DNA from: an uncultured Candidatus Poseidoniales archaeon
GTDB taxonomy: Archaea; Thermoplasmatota; Poseidoniia; Poseidoniales; CAYMED01
DNA: 64,000 nt
Assembly (NCBI GenBank): GCA_964389655.1
Contig: CAYMED010000001.1
Span: forward strand, 103,780 to 167,779
Direction: 5' to 3'
This document shows positions 37,629-48,700 of this stretch, one piece after another. The first letter of the stretch is position 1. The number at the start of each line of letters is the position of its first letter. The notes below the pieces were generated by a model. The model was not told the origin of the DNA. It ran no database searches and was given only the letters and a program-made list of their open reading frames with translations. The position numbers and the translations under genes were made by a program.

Positions 37629-40049
37629 TTAATTTAGTGGACGCACTTCGACCCAGTGAATCCATACACCATTATTCGAGAACAATGTGTCTGTCCGCCC
37701 AGATATGGCGCGCGGATCAATCCAAGTTCCATCACTTGACCTGATTTCCACAGTCACCACGTGTGTGCCTGGTTTGAGGGAATCTATAATCCGGGTTGTA
37801 GCGTCCCATCCTAATTCAATATCAGTAGTAGCACTAGTGAGTGTTTCATTTTCTCGATTGATATTCCAATTAATTTTTGAATTCTCAGTTCCAGATGAAA
37901 CAACAGTTATTGCTGCATCCTTTCCCCTCATATGTTCTGGAATTTCGAATTCCCAATTGATCTGGCCGTTGGATATCCAAGGGACCATTATATCATCTTG
38001 AGAGGCCCTTGGGTCAAATTTTTCATTCCATAGATGCGTACGCATTTTGCAGTCAACGGAGCAAGCCTCTTCTGATGGCCGAGATATGATACTTCCACTC
38101 CCGGGCCGATCAATATCCCGCAATTCCCAAATCCGTGATCCATGTGATTCACGAATCACAATCCAGCCATCTGAAGTTGCTAGTTGTTCATGCAACAACC
38201 CAGAAGGGCTTGTCAATGCATGGGTAATGCCCAATTCTCGCATAGCTCGTGTATTGCCCTCTAGTGCCCAATATTTTGCCAGATATGCAGGCTGTTCTTC
38301 CACCTCAGTTAGTCCCACTCCATGGTAACTCGTTCGTGCCATTCTTGAATCTGCAGGAAGGCGTCCCCAAGGCGCTACTTCGCTTAGGAGAATTCCATCA
38401 ACGTCCATTACAATTTCTTCAACTTCTTGCATCATCGCCCAATCACTTTCTGAAACAACGTGAATTTCGTTTTGATGGATTGAAATTAGCATCATCGCGC
38501 TAATTGCAATAAGAAATTGACCACTTGCAATGCATAGTACCATTATTCGTGTCCAAGGTGGTAATTGAGCATTTATTTTGATGTTGTCCTTTTCATCTAA
38601 TTGAGATTCATCATCATCTTCTCGTTTTTCTTGTTCATGATTGAAGAATTCCTTTGAAACAAATGGGGTCAAATGAGACTTAGATGAAAGTGCCAAGCCA
38701 GAGGCAACAGCAAAAGGTATGTGGAATCCATGGAAGGCCATGGAATAGAGTGCTTGATCTAGCAATGCGAGAGCACCAAATAATATCCAGCCAGATAATA
38801 AATGCACAAATGTCAGGAACCACAGCATACCGATCCAAATCCCAATTAAGCGCCCTTCAACTGTAAATCGTGTTTTCCAACTTGCTACAAGACTTAGGAT
38901 AACCAGTATTGGCCCATTAGCAATCAGCAATGGCAAACCTCCTTGCCATCCATACTCAGAAAGGATCTTTTCTTGAAATAAACGAGGAGCAAAAACCATC
39001 GTGGCAACAATCGTTCCGATAGAAAGAAGAATCGCACTTGTTCCAACCAGCCTTGCATGCTTAGATCTCTCGCTGCTCTCTCTGTTGGTGATATTTGTCA
39101 TGATGTGTGCTAGCATCAATAGTGCGAGATATATGGCACCGGTTGGATGTATGACTGCTACGGAAATAACTGCAAAGGCATAAGCAAAATCATGATACTT
39201 TCGTCGTTCTTCAGAAGGCCGAACCAACACCACAAGCCCAATGACGAGACCCAGTTGGGAAGCAATTGTTGGCCATCCGGAGTCAAATGTTTTTGCGAAA
39301 ATTCCAGCGCCCAGTGCTAGGGATGCAATTGTCATCGTGCTTGCCCCCCATCGGTCAGCAGCGCCAGCAATACCGAATATCAAGCATATTAGGGAGACAT
39401 GCCCTAAAGCGGCAGTCGCATCGATTGGTGAAATCCTCAATGTATTTTCTATTACTGAGGATAGTGCTGGAAATGCTGGGGGATATGTCCATCGACCTAC
39501 AGTTGGAGGAGGCAGGTTTACTTCACCAGTAGTCGCAAGAGCGTGACTAAGCGTTGAGAAACCCACCCAATCAATTCCCATTGGAATACGATAGAGAACC
39601 AGTGGTAAAAGTGAAACAATGCCTACAAAAACAAGTACTAGTGGTAACCACACTGACCGCTGATTTGCCAAATTAGATCGGGTCTCAACTTCCTTTTCTA
39701 GGTCATCTTCCAGCCGAATTGTAATGTCACTGATTTCGATCTCATTGTGCCCTTCCATGGCCATTTCCATTTTTTCCCATGGGGTAAGGTGTCGTACTCG
39801 AAGGACATCTCGCTCCCAGAGCAATCCTGAAGCTACTATGTTCAACAGCGCAATTTCTAGGATGGCTAAGAAATAGGAATGAAATCCAATTATGATGAGT
39901 GACCATCCCACAACTCCATAGATGAGAACAAGACCGAATGCAGGAGAAAGTAGCAATATCCGCAATTGATCAGCGCTGGGGTCAAGTATCCTAACAAGTG
40001 CTCTTCCTGGAAGGTAAGATATTGCAAAGATGATGGACAAAGAGAGCAA
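37629..40049 (-). CDS. Polytopic membrane protein, possible GT-C glycosyltransferase
   Basis: More than 10 TM segments, G.DW and YPP loop motifs, HP motif; upstream of the DPM1-like GT2. Confidence 0.6.
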   Translation of the reverse strand: MLSLSIIFAISYLPGRALVRILDPSADQLRILLLSPAFGLVLIYGVVGWSLIIIGFHSYFLAILEIALLNIVASGLLWERDVLRVRHLTPWEKMEMAMEGHNEIEISDITIRLEDDLEKEVETRSNLANQRSVWLPLVLVFVGIVSLLPLVLYRIPMGIDWVGFSTLSHALATTGEVNLPPPTVGRWTYPPAFPALSSVIENTLRISPIDATAALGHVSLICLIFGIAGAADRWGASTMTIASLALGAGIFAKTFDSGWPTIASQLGLVIGLVVLVRPSEERRKYHDFAYAFAVISVAVIHPTGAIYLALLMLAHIMTNITNRESSERSKHARLVGTSAILLSIGTIVATMVFAPRLFQEKILSEYGWQGGLPLLIANGPILVILSLVASWKTRFTVEGRLIGIWIGMLWFLTFVHLLSGWILFGALALLDQALYSMAFHGFHIPFAVASGLALSSKSHLTPFVSKEFFNHEQEKREDDDESQLDEKDNIKINAQLPPWTRIMVLCIASGQFLIAISAMMLISIHQNEIHVVSESDWAMMQEVEEIVMDVDGILLSEVAPWGRLPADSRMARTSYHGVGLTEVEEQPAYLAKYWALEGNTRAMRELGITHALTSPSGLLHEQLATSDGWIVIRESHGSRIWELRDIDRPGSGSIISRPSEEACSVDCKMRTHLWNEKFDPRASQDDIMVPWISNGQINWEFEIPEHMRGKDAAITVVSSGTENSKINWNINRENETLTSATTDIELGWDATTRIIDSLKPGTHVVTVEIRSSDGTWIDPRAISGRTDTLFSNNGVWIHWVEVRPLN

Positions 40050-40100
40050 AGAATTCCCTAGGGAAACAAATAGTGTACCTTCGATCTCGATCCCTCCGAC

Positions 40101-41156
40101 TCATGTTGAAAGATATGCCTTGAGTCGAGTTATGGGTCCAATATCAGTGGGGTCTTTCCCCCGCATCAATGCAACGCCATACGATAACCAATCACTCATT
40201 ACACAACCATGAAGAAGTTGTGTTAACAGATCATCACCCTCACAACGAAGTCGCCAAATGCATGGACTTTGTATGAGTTCATTTATTGTCCAGTCAATTC
40301 TACGTAACATTTCTCCTTCAATATCCTCTGTGTCGATAACTATTACTGCATGATTCCTAGCGACTTCAAGAGATGATTCCCATGCGACAATTTCGTTGTG
40401 ATGTGCTTCAGACAAGATTGATTCACGTGCAAAGACTCCGCCATTTTCATTGAGTTGAGCCCTTAGGCGTCGTGCCATTGGCCCAAGGGAATGAGGTGCC
40501 AGTAGGGCTAAAGGTGCTGCAGCAATTGTTTGGACCATTTCACTTAATGGAATATTCTCTGATTTGGCAAGGTCATGTGAATCAACTTCTAGTTTCAGCC
40601 ATTCAACAATTTCTTCAATACGCTCTTTCTTGATTGTATGAATTGCACCTATAGCAGAACTAATTGCGATCAAGGCACCAAATAATTCCCCGAATGCAGT
40701 ACGGGGTGGTCTTTCACCTTCGACTTTGATTGCTATGGCATTCTTTTCATTGGATGCAAGTTCAAGCAATTCTCCCCCTGAAGCTAAGGCAATTAATGGC
40801 CCACCTTTATTCACCACGTCTCGTACTGCTCGCAAGGTCTCTGAAGTTGATCCGCTATGGCTTGTGGCAATTGTTAGCCACTGAGGTGTCCACCAAGCAG
40901 GGATCACATCATGGCGTAAAGCAATGACTGGAATATTCCCTATCTGCTCTGCGAGGGCTGCAAGATGGTCCCCCCCTGCCCCAGATCCTCCCATGCCGAG
41001 ACATAACAGTCCAGTTGGCTCTTCACTCCCCCACTCATCCATCCGGGCGGATGCAATTGTAAAACCGCGTTTGAGGTCCTCGGGGAAGGTTCGGAGAAAG
41101 GTTGCCATCTTTGAGGTATCAAGCTCAGCAGCCATGGCTGGGAAATCAGGAGTCAT
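40101..41156 (-). CDS. Bifunctional phosphoglucose/phosphomannose isomerase (SIS domain)
   Basis: GMGGSG, SHSGSTSET, SGG.L, PPRTA, QLNEN, EAHHNEI. Confidence 0.85.
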   Translation of the reverse strand: MTPDFPAMAAELDTSKMATFLRTFPEDLKRGFTIASARMDEWGSEEPTGLLCLGMGGSGAGGDHLAALAEQIGNIPVIALRHDVIPAWWTPQWLTIATSHSGSTSETLRAVRDVVNKGGPLIALASGGELLELASNEKNAIAIKVEGERPPRTAFGELFGALIAISSAIGAIHTIKKERIEEIVEWLKLEVDSHDLAKSENIPLSEMVQTIAAAPLALLAPHSLGPMARRLRAQLNENGGVFARESILSEAHHNEIVAWESSLEVARNHAVIVIDTEDIEGEMLRRIDWTINELIQSPCIWRLRCEGDDLLTQLLHGCVMSDWLSYGVALMRGKDPTDIGPITRLKAYLST

Positions 41157-42207
41157 TGAAATCACTCCTCGGAAGGGATACCCATTCATCATCAATACTG
41201 GTGACTTGGATTGTAGAACCTCCTTTTTGGTAGTCCCACGGCAATGCCACTGACCGTACATTCCAATCGCGTGGGTCAAGAAATTCTCCTACACTTGAAT
41301 CAGAATGGATAAGTTCTACTGTGTATACGTCTTTTTTACGTACTATCACTCGTGCGCGTTCTAGTTCCCTCCATCGTACTCCTTTTCTTTCATATCGGTC
41401 GACAGCCAAGAGAAGTAAGCCATCATTCCGACGCTGCTTCACCCGCCATTTCCTTTGCTCAAAAGTAATGATGTCACCAATTGCAAAGGCAGGAAGTCGA
41501 TAGAGAAGTGTCATGCGAGTGACGTCTTCTCCTTCTTTTCTACCAACGATTGTATGGGTTTCATGTGTCTGACCTCCATGCGTGTTAACCATGGCTTGGA
41601 CCCAAGATCGAGCAAGGCCTTTAGAACCTAGTTTTACATCATGTCCTCCTCGAACATCACCCTCTTCTGTCACAAACCAAGTGGCTTCAGCATTAGGATC
41701 ATCTAGAAGTGTGCTAAGCATTGATCGTAGATCTTTAATTTCATTGCGCTCGATTTCCCTACCTTGTGCACGCAGTTGTACCGTGGCTTCAACATAGAAT
41801 CCGGCACGTTTTGAGCATGTCTGACAAACTGCATTTGAGGCGCTAGCAATTGTTTCGACTTTAGTGGTGATTTCAAACGGCTCTATTGATGCGGAGACGC
41901 TAACGTAAAGGCGCGTTGATCGCTCATCAAGTATTTCAGCATCCCACGAGATTGTAGGCTCCCCAAGTCGCTCATCTATCATCAAAGCATGCTTCAAGCA
42001 TCGCTGCCAGATTTCCTTGTCGCAGTCGTCTGACCACGCTTCCTTCCCAACCCGCTTATTCCCGCACCGCGGACACCGCTCGAACCGTATGCTATTGGGC
42101 ACCCTTGCCACTTCTATCCGTTCAATTGTGCATATTTCACAGGTCGACATTGAGCATAATGGCGGTGGGGCGCCACATGCAACACAAAATCTTGCTCCAT
42201 GGCTCAT
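41146..42207 (-). CDS. NMD3-family ribosome biogenesis protein
   Basis: CVACG..CEIC..CPRCG..CQTC zinc sites, YVEATVQLR. Confidence 0.85.
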   Translation of the reverse strand: MSHGARFCVACGAPPPLCSMSTCEICTIERIEVARVPNSIRFERCPRCGNKRVGKEAWSDDCDKEIWQRCLKHALMIDERLGEPTISWDAEILDERSTRLYVSVSASIEPFEITTKVETIASASNAVCQTCSKRAGFYVEATVQLRAQGREIERNEIKDLRSMLSTLLDDPNAEATWFVTEEGDVRGGHDVKLGSKGLARSWVQAMVNTHGGQTHETHTIVGRKEGEDVTRMTLLYRLPAFAIGDIITFEQRKWRVKQRRNDGLLLLAVDRYERKGVRWRELERARVIVRKKDVYTVELIHSDSSVGEFLDPRDWNVRSVALPWDYQKGGSTIQVTSIDDEWVSLPRSDFNDS

Positions 42208-42280
42208 CACCTCACCCCCCATGCCAGCGGGTTGACATGTTCCCTTGACAAAGCCACCGCATCTAGTTGGTCAGACATTC

Positions 42281-42517
42281 TTATTCTTCTTCATGGATCA
42301 ACTTGTTGATTGCACCAAGTCTTAATTCAATTTCATTTAAGCGCCGGGCTTGTGCATAAGTATACCACAGCATACATCCAACAAATGCAATAATCGCAAT
42401 TGCTAATCCAAGCAGCCCCGTAGTTGAATTTCCGGCACTTGCAGAATCAGCCAATGCAAGTTTAGTTACTATTAATGTCGCAAAAATACCATAAATTAGA
42501 AAAGAGAATATTCTCAC
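42281..42517 (-). CDS. Small membrane protein, possibly CcmD-like
   Basis: Two hydrophobic segments plus charged helical tail, directly after ccmC. Confidence 0.5.
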   Translation of the reverse strand: MRIFSFLIYGIFATLIVTKLALADSASAGNSTTGLLGLAIAIIAFVGCMLWYTYAQARRLNEIELRLGAINKLIHEEE

Positions 42518-43203
42518 ATTACCCCCCCCTTTTGATCTAGTGCGCACTGCATGTTTCCAATCGTCTCTTCTACTTGTTCAATGCGCATGGAAGTCGATAT
42601 TTGTCCCACAAGAAGGATTGTCATTGAAGCAAACCCGAGCATCCATATGAGAATCATTTCTTTTGGGAGCCCAGAATCTGCAGAATTTGTTAAAATAACA
42701 GGTCCTGGGTGTTGCACTTGCCACAAACGAGTTGCAATATAGGTAAGGGGAACTAACATAAAACCGAATAGTCCAATGGACGCAAGGACATCTCTCGTAC
42801 TCTCATCATCTGGCTGGCTAGCATGGCCTGAAACAAGAAAGAATGCGAGTCCTGTTAGAGCTGCAAATGTGTTCAATCTAACATCTCCCCAATCCCATGG
42901 TTTTCCCCATTCTACAGTTCCCCAAATCATTCCTGAACTGAGTGCGATTGCCCCATAAAGTGCGGTAAGTCGTGCGCTTGTCCGGTGCAATTGCCACCCT
43001 TTTTGACTACGTGAAAGGTACCATTTAGCGCTCCCAAATAAAAGGACTGCTGATGCAATCATTGTGGCCCAAGCAGCAGGGACATGAAGGTATATTATGC
43101 GTTGAGCAAGGGGGGCGTTCATTGAATCACTGCGTACACTAGGCGCCCAAAGGAGCCCCAATATCAAACTGATTAATAAGAGCAGCAATCCGATTACCTG
43201 CAT
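42514..43203 (-). CDS. ccmC: Cytochrome c biogenesis heme exporter CcmC
   Basis: IIYLHVPAAW, Trp-rich WGTVEWGKPWDWGDVRL, QHP. Confidence 0.88.
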   Translation of the reverse strand: MQVIGLLLLLISLILGLLWAPSVRSDSMNAPLAQRIIYLHVPAAWATMIASAVLLFGSAKWYLSRSQKGWQLHRTSARLTALYGAIALSSGMIWGTVEWGKPWDWGDVRLNTFAALTGLAFFLVSGHASQPDDESTRDVLASIGLFGFMLVPLTYIATRLWQVQHPGPVILTNSADSGLPKEMILIWMLGFASMTILLVGQISTSMRIEQVEETIGNMQCALDQKGGVM

Positions 43204-43270
43204 CTTTGCTCCTCTAGCCAAATGCAAAGCACCCACATGCGTCGCAGTAGATGATGGTTCAAATATCCTA

Positions 43271-44587
43271 TCAGGTGGTGGATGATAGAGGGTCCAAAAG
43301 GCGTGCAGCAAGTGCTGCAGCAAATGCCATCAATCCAGCGACCCCAAGGAGAACCACTGCTTCACTAGATATTATTCCTGCAATTTCATCAATCATCAAT
43401 AGTACAGGTAAAGCGATAACAATTGCTAGAAGCATCGAAGCAGCAGCAATACTCCGTGATAGTTGGTTTAGCAATAATCCAAGAGATGCACTGAAGAAAG
43501 AGAGACAAATAACATTCCACAAGACGGTTATCAAGATTAGGGGGGTGCTGGGGACATTGGCAATAGTGACACAAGCAATAAGTGCGACAGGAATGGTCCA
43601 AAATATCGCTTCGGCTACTGAGAGTAAACAAACGCGATGAGCAATGAATGAGGTACTAGTCAGTGCTCTCCACCAATCCCCTGCTCTATCTTCTGAAAGC
43701 CAACCAAGTGCGGAGGTGCGGGAAAGAGCGATCAATACGCATGGAAGCATAATTGCAGCAGCTCTGATTCTTTCATCATTTTGCATATCGACTAGTCCAC
43801 TAGCCAGTGCCAATGCCAGTAATCCTAGAATGCCTCTATTCATTGTAGATCTACCTGTGCGACCTTCCAGCCGTAACATCCAACTAAGTCGTGGCCCAGT
43901 CCTGAATTTTGGCCGACTGAATTTCACCACTTCAATACCGTCGTCGGATTTGCAATTTATGTTAGGAGTATCATCTAGATTCAAGACCTGATCGGCAAGA
44001 TGAGTGAGTGATTTCTCGTGGGTGGCTAGCAAAATTGCATGTCCCATCTTTTTTGCCTCACCTAGAGTCTCCTCTAATATGACGATTCCTTTTGCATCAA
44101 GGCCCCTTTCAGGCTCATCAAGAAGAATAATGGATGGTGAATTCGTTTCAATTATCAGTAATGAGACTGCTACAGCAAGCCGCCGTTTTAGTCCCCCTGA
44201 TAGTTTTCCGATCCGGTCATGTTGCCGGTGTGCAAGTCCCCAGCGCTGCAATATTTTCTCTCTTTTTGATGAATCAAGTGTATATTCAAGCAATGATGCT
44301 GCTTCATCAATTCTTTCACCAACTGTTAGATCTCCAACATGCCCGTCTGCCTGTAGGCACAATCCAATTCTATGCCGTTTTACTGCAAAATTGCAAGTTG
44401 CTTCGGAATTGAATCCTATGAGCCCAACAATTGCTTCAATGATACTGCTTTTCCCTGATCCATTCCCACCAAGAAGGACTATGCATTCACCTTGAACAAG
44501 GTCTAAATTCATCTTTTCAATAATCGTCTGACCATTGCGAGAGATGGAGGCTCCACGCAGACGCATCTGCACGATTCCGCTTTCCAT
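43271..44587 (-). CDS. ABC ATPase fused to a permease (CcmA-CcmB-like)
   Basis: GGNGSGKS, LSGGLKRR, LLDEPERGLD, then about 6 TM helices; upstream of ccmC. Confidence 0.75.
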   Translation of the reverse strand: MESGIVQMRLRGASISRNGQTIIEKMNLDLVQGECIVLLGGNGSGKSSIIEAIVGLIGFNSEATCNFAVKRHRIGLCLQADGHVGDLTVGERIDEAASLLEYTLDSSKREKILQRWGLAHRQHDRIGKLSGGLKRRLAVAVSLLIIETNSPSIILLDEPERGLDAKGIVILEETLGEAKKMGHAILLATHEKSLTHLADQVLNLDDTPNINCKSDDGIEVVKFSRPKFRTGPRLSWMLRLEGRTGRSTMNRGILGLLALALASGLVDMQNDERIRAAAIMLPCVLIALSRTSALGWLSEDRAGDWWRALTSTSFIAHRVCLLSVAEAIFWTIPVALIACVTIANVPSTPLILITVLWNVICLSFFSASLGLLLNQLSRSIAAASMLLAIVIALPVLLMIDEIAGIISSEAVVLLGVAGLMAFAAALAARLLDPLSSTT

Positions 44588-44672
44588 GCCCTGACCTTTG
44601 GGCAGCATACAAGGAACCTTGCCTCGCAATTGTATAGAGAAACCGATAAGTCACCTCAAATTGGGCCACACC

Positions 44673-45707
44673 ATGGGCCCAACACTGTGGCGCGACATCG
44701 GCCTAGCAGACAGTGTATTGCTGCTACTGTTTGCAACAGCTATCATTGGGCCTTATGCATACGCCCTCAAGCGTGATGTAAGTCTAGCTCTAGCAACCGT
44801 TCTTTCCATTGTACTCACTTATTTTGTCCAATGGATTGGAATTGTCCTTTGGCTTACAACAGGATGGGTGGAACCAATTGAGGGCTTATTGATGGCAGAA
44901 CCCTTGATACAGGCATCTCCTGCACATTGGCATCGCTTCTTGACCTCAGCGTGGCTACATGCTCCTTCAGATCCATCGCACCTTTTGGGGAATGCAGTGA
45001 TTATAGGGCTTGCAGGCATCCCTCTTGAGCAACGATTGGGAAAAGGTCGCTGGACTGTAGTTTACCTCTTGGGTGCCTTGGGGGGAAGTGCATTTTGGAT
45101 GGTTGCGCATTTGGGTCAAAGTGCTCCCGCACTTGGCGCAAGTGGTGCTGTTTTTGGCATTCTTGGCGCTTATTTGGCTGCTTGGCCAAATGACGAAATT
45201 GAAATGCCCCTAATTCTTATCCGCCGCTGGCCAGTCTGGCTCATTGCATTACTCCGTTTTGGGTGGGAAATTGTTCAAGTGGGTATGATTCAGGGTGGAT
45301 TGGCGAATCCCAGTGGGATCGCAAACTTGGCGCATATAGGTGGCTTTCTACTTGCTTATGCGATTGGCCGACCTCTTGCACGTGGCGGCCCAGTTCCCCC
45401 AGGAACTAGGGATTCTGGACCGAGTGCTGCTTCTGCTGAAGAAGCAAAACGAAAAGCCATCAAAGACCGAATGGGGTCTCTTCAAGAGGATCCTTGGTCT
45501 AATGTTGAGATACCAAAAGAGGTCCAGCGCACTCTTACCCGATTGCGTGAAGAAGGTGATGAACCCGAAACAAGGGAAGCATGGCTTGACCGCCTATCCC
45601 AGCAAGCAACATGCCCTTCATGCGATTCTAAGATTGAATTAGAGATTGAACGAGGGGCCCCACGTCTTGTCTGTTCAAACGAGCGCTCTCACCTTTGTTG
45701 GCCTTAA
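44673..45707 (+). CDS. Rhomboid intramembrane serine protease with C-terminal zinc-ribbon-like tail
   Basis: HLLGN, GASG, AHIGG; CPSC...C...HLC. Confidence 0.9.
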   Translation: MGPTLWRDIGLADSVLLLLFATAIIGPYAYALKRDVSLALATVLSIVLTYFVQWIGIVLWLTTGWVEPIEGLLMAEPLIQASPAHWHRFLTSAWLHAPSDPSHLLGNAVIIGLAGIPLEQRLGKGRWTVVYLLGALGGSAFWMVAHLGQSAPALGASGAVFGILGAYLAAWPNDEIEMPLILIRRWPVWLIALLRFGWEIVQVGMIQGGLANPSGIANLAHIGGFLLAYAIGRPLARGGPVPPGTRDSGPSAASAEEAKRKAIKDRMGSLQEDPWSNVEIPKEVQRTLTRLREEGDEPETREAWLDRLSQQATCPSCDSKIELEIERGAPRLVCSNERSHLCWP

Positions 45708-45753
45708 ACGCTTGATGGCGGCATTTATCGTCAGTGGTTAGTTCGAATGGTTA

Positions 45754-48700
45754 ATGAGGAAGGGCTACCACCGGCGACTGGCTCTTCTCGTTCTGTTTAT
45801 CTTGGTGATTCCAAGTCTATTACAGGTGCCTTCTACCGGTGTCGAAGAAAGTCCATCGCTACAGATTGTTGAAGCCTTGCCTTCTTCCACTTCAGCACCA
45901 ATTCAGATCCCAGGTCTTCCCATTCCTTTGTGTGGCGATGCGCCATGCCTTGCTATTGATCGCAACCCATCTATCCCCTCAGGCTCCGAAATTGGGCATG
46001 AACCATTTGGGTGGTGGCATACAGCTTCACCCGACCGAGATCACAATGGATTGGACGATCGCCTTCAACGGATTCTTGCAGGTGAATACGAAAGTCCAAG
46101 TCCAACCGCTGTAATTGGCCCTGATGGCAGGCTTACGGTTGCTTTGGTCCTAGATTGGGGTTGGCACCCGGGCCAGCGAGAACTCGACTTAGTTTTGCAT
46201 GTACTTTCGGCTCATGGCTGGAATCGTCATGGGGCAGATCTATTTCTTCCACCAACTCTAGACTCAATTGTCATCGACCGCGTTCCAGTATCTGCAATAA
46301 CAGACTTGTGGCACATTTACGGAGTAGTTCATGTTGAACAACAGAACGTGATGGTTCCTTTCAATGATGTTGCTGCAAAAGCAGTTCGTGCTCGCCCTTC
46401 AGAGGATTATTGGGCAACGGCTCATGAACGTGGCTACCGAGGAGACGGCGTGGTCATTGCAGTATTGGATACGGGGGTGGATAACGAGCATCGTTCCCTA
46501 AATGATTTTGATGATGTTGATGATGAGCCAAACCTCGACCCTCAATCCTATAGCGATCCGAAATGGGTGGCTGGTTATGACGCAACCAATCCCGTTTCCA
46601 ATCCAGATGGGACAGTAGATCCCGATGATTCGAATGAACCATCTGGTCACGGTACACATGTTGCCGGAACAGCTCTTGGGACGGGTGATGATACTCGCCA
46701 ACACATGGGTGTTGCACCAGGTGCTTATCTTGTCGATGTAAAAGTCCTCACTGATGCAGGTGGTACCAATAGTGCATCATCGATTCGTGGACTTACTTGG
46801 GTCCTGAATAATTCAGACAGTGATTGGGGGAACAATGCTTCTAGTCGTGGAATACAAGTGGCCTCTATGTCATTTGGTAGTGCGTCAAATCCGAATGATG
46901 ATGATGTAGGGGATAATGGGACCTCTTCAGAAGCACGATTGGTTAACCAAATTGTAGCGTCTGGTGTTACGTGCGTGATTGCGATGGGAAATGATGGGAA
47001 AAATAGGGTACCTTCACCCGCATCGGCTGATCTTGCGATAACAGTTGGAAATGTGAATGAACGGGGGACTGTGGACCGGTCTGATGACCTGATGAATCCG
47101 TCCTCAAATTTTGGCCCACGTTTATCAGATGATGATGACAACACATACGATGAACTCAAGCCGACAGTTTCAGCTCCAGGTACTGCAATCAATTCAGCTA
47201 GGTTCGTAGGTGCGGGCTCAGTTCCAAATCCACTTGGTGACCGTCCAAAGGCAGATCGTGAATATCATGAGTTGACAGGAACTAGTATGGCAACACCAGT
47301 GGTCAGCGGAGTCGTTGCCTTAATGCTCCAGGCGGATTCAGATCTTGAACCAAATGACATCCGCTCATTGATGGAAAATCATTCAGAATCGTTTGACGAT
47401 GCATATGACTCCACTCTTCACCCCGTCTGGAATGCACGATGGGGTTTTGGAATGGTTGATTCTACGGCACTTCTCGACGCGATTTTAGGTGAAGACAATG
47501 GTGGCGGATCACCAGGGGGTCCAGGTACTGATCCAAATTCAACTCAAGGTGGTCCTGAATGGGTGATTATCGAACAGCCCACCAATGCGTCTTGGGTTGT
47601 GCGCGGAAAAGCAATGGAAATTCGTGGAAGTATTGATGCGCCCAGTGGTGAAGTTGTTGATCGCATACAAGTGCAAATCGGCAATGGTGAATGGATCAAT
47701 GTTGCAGTTGGGAAAACGTGGAGCCGTACTGTGAATATTGACAGTGAATATCCATTTGGCGAGCATCTTTACATCCGCGTCCGTGCAAGATCAGAGGGAG
47801 GAGAATGGTCTACGACCGCATCTCGTTTTGTTTGGGTTGGAGCAATGAAAGTATTTCCGGATGCCCCACCAGCCGATCGTGCTCTTTCTGGTGAACAAAC
47901 CCTTACTGCAAACTGGGAAGCGATTGACCCCAATAGAATCGAGATCAAAATAGATGATGGTGATTGGATGGTCAAAGGTACCATGTCAATAGATGAATCT
48001 CATAGCCACTCTGGAACAATTTATGCCAATGGCACTTGGTCATATACATTCAACACAGACACACTCCCAGATGGGCAACACAAGGTCCGATTCCGCGTGG
48101 TCAATGATTCGGGTCTCCTTAGTGACGAGGCTGCAATTACAGTTGTGATTGACAATATCAATGCTCCTGACTTGAGAGTACGCGGTGATTTGGCAGTTGA
48201 AACCGCATCTGGTCAAACAGTTGGTTCCGCTTGGGTTGGCGAGCGCCTACAGGTTTCAGCCGAAATCACGAATATTGGAGATGCTACTGCATCAGATGTT
48301 CTAGTTCGACTAGAGGAAAATGGATTAATTTGTGATGCTGTTATTTTCACTATCGAGAGTGGTGCAAATGTCGTGGTCAAATTTCACTATACGTCTGAAA
48401 ATTCAACTTGTGCAAGCTTAGCAGGTGATGCGAATTTGGTCGTACGTATTGATCCCGAAAAGCAGATTGATGATGTAGACCGGTCGAATAATGAGGCTGA
48501 AACAACCTTCAAATTACTCGAGCGACCAAGTGGCATTGATTTACTCGTTCACCGGACTGATGTCAGTACTGATCCACGCATCCCTCGTCCATCAGACCCT
48601 TTTTACATCCAACTGTATGTTTCAAATGAGGGTGCAGATGTTTCGAATTCGGCAATTATAACAATTGATCGTTGGGGTACTGTGAATGGAAATGGTGGTT

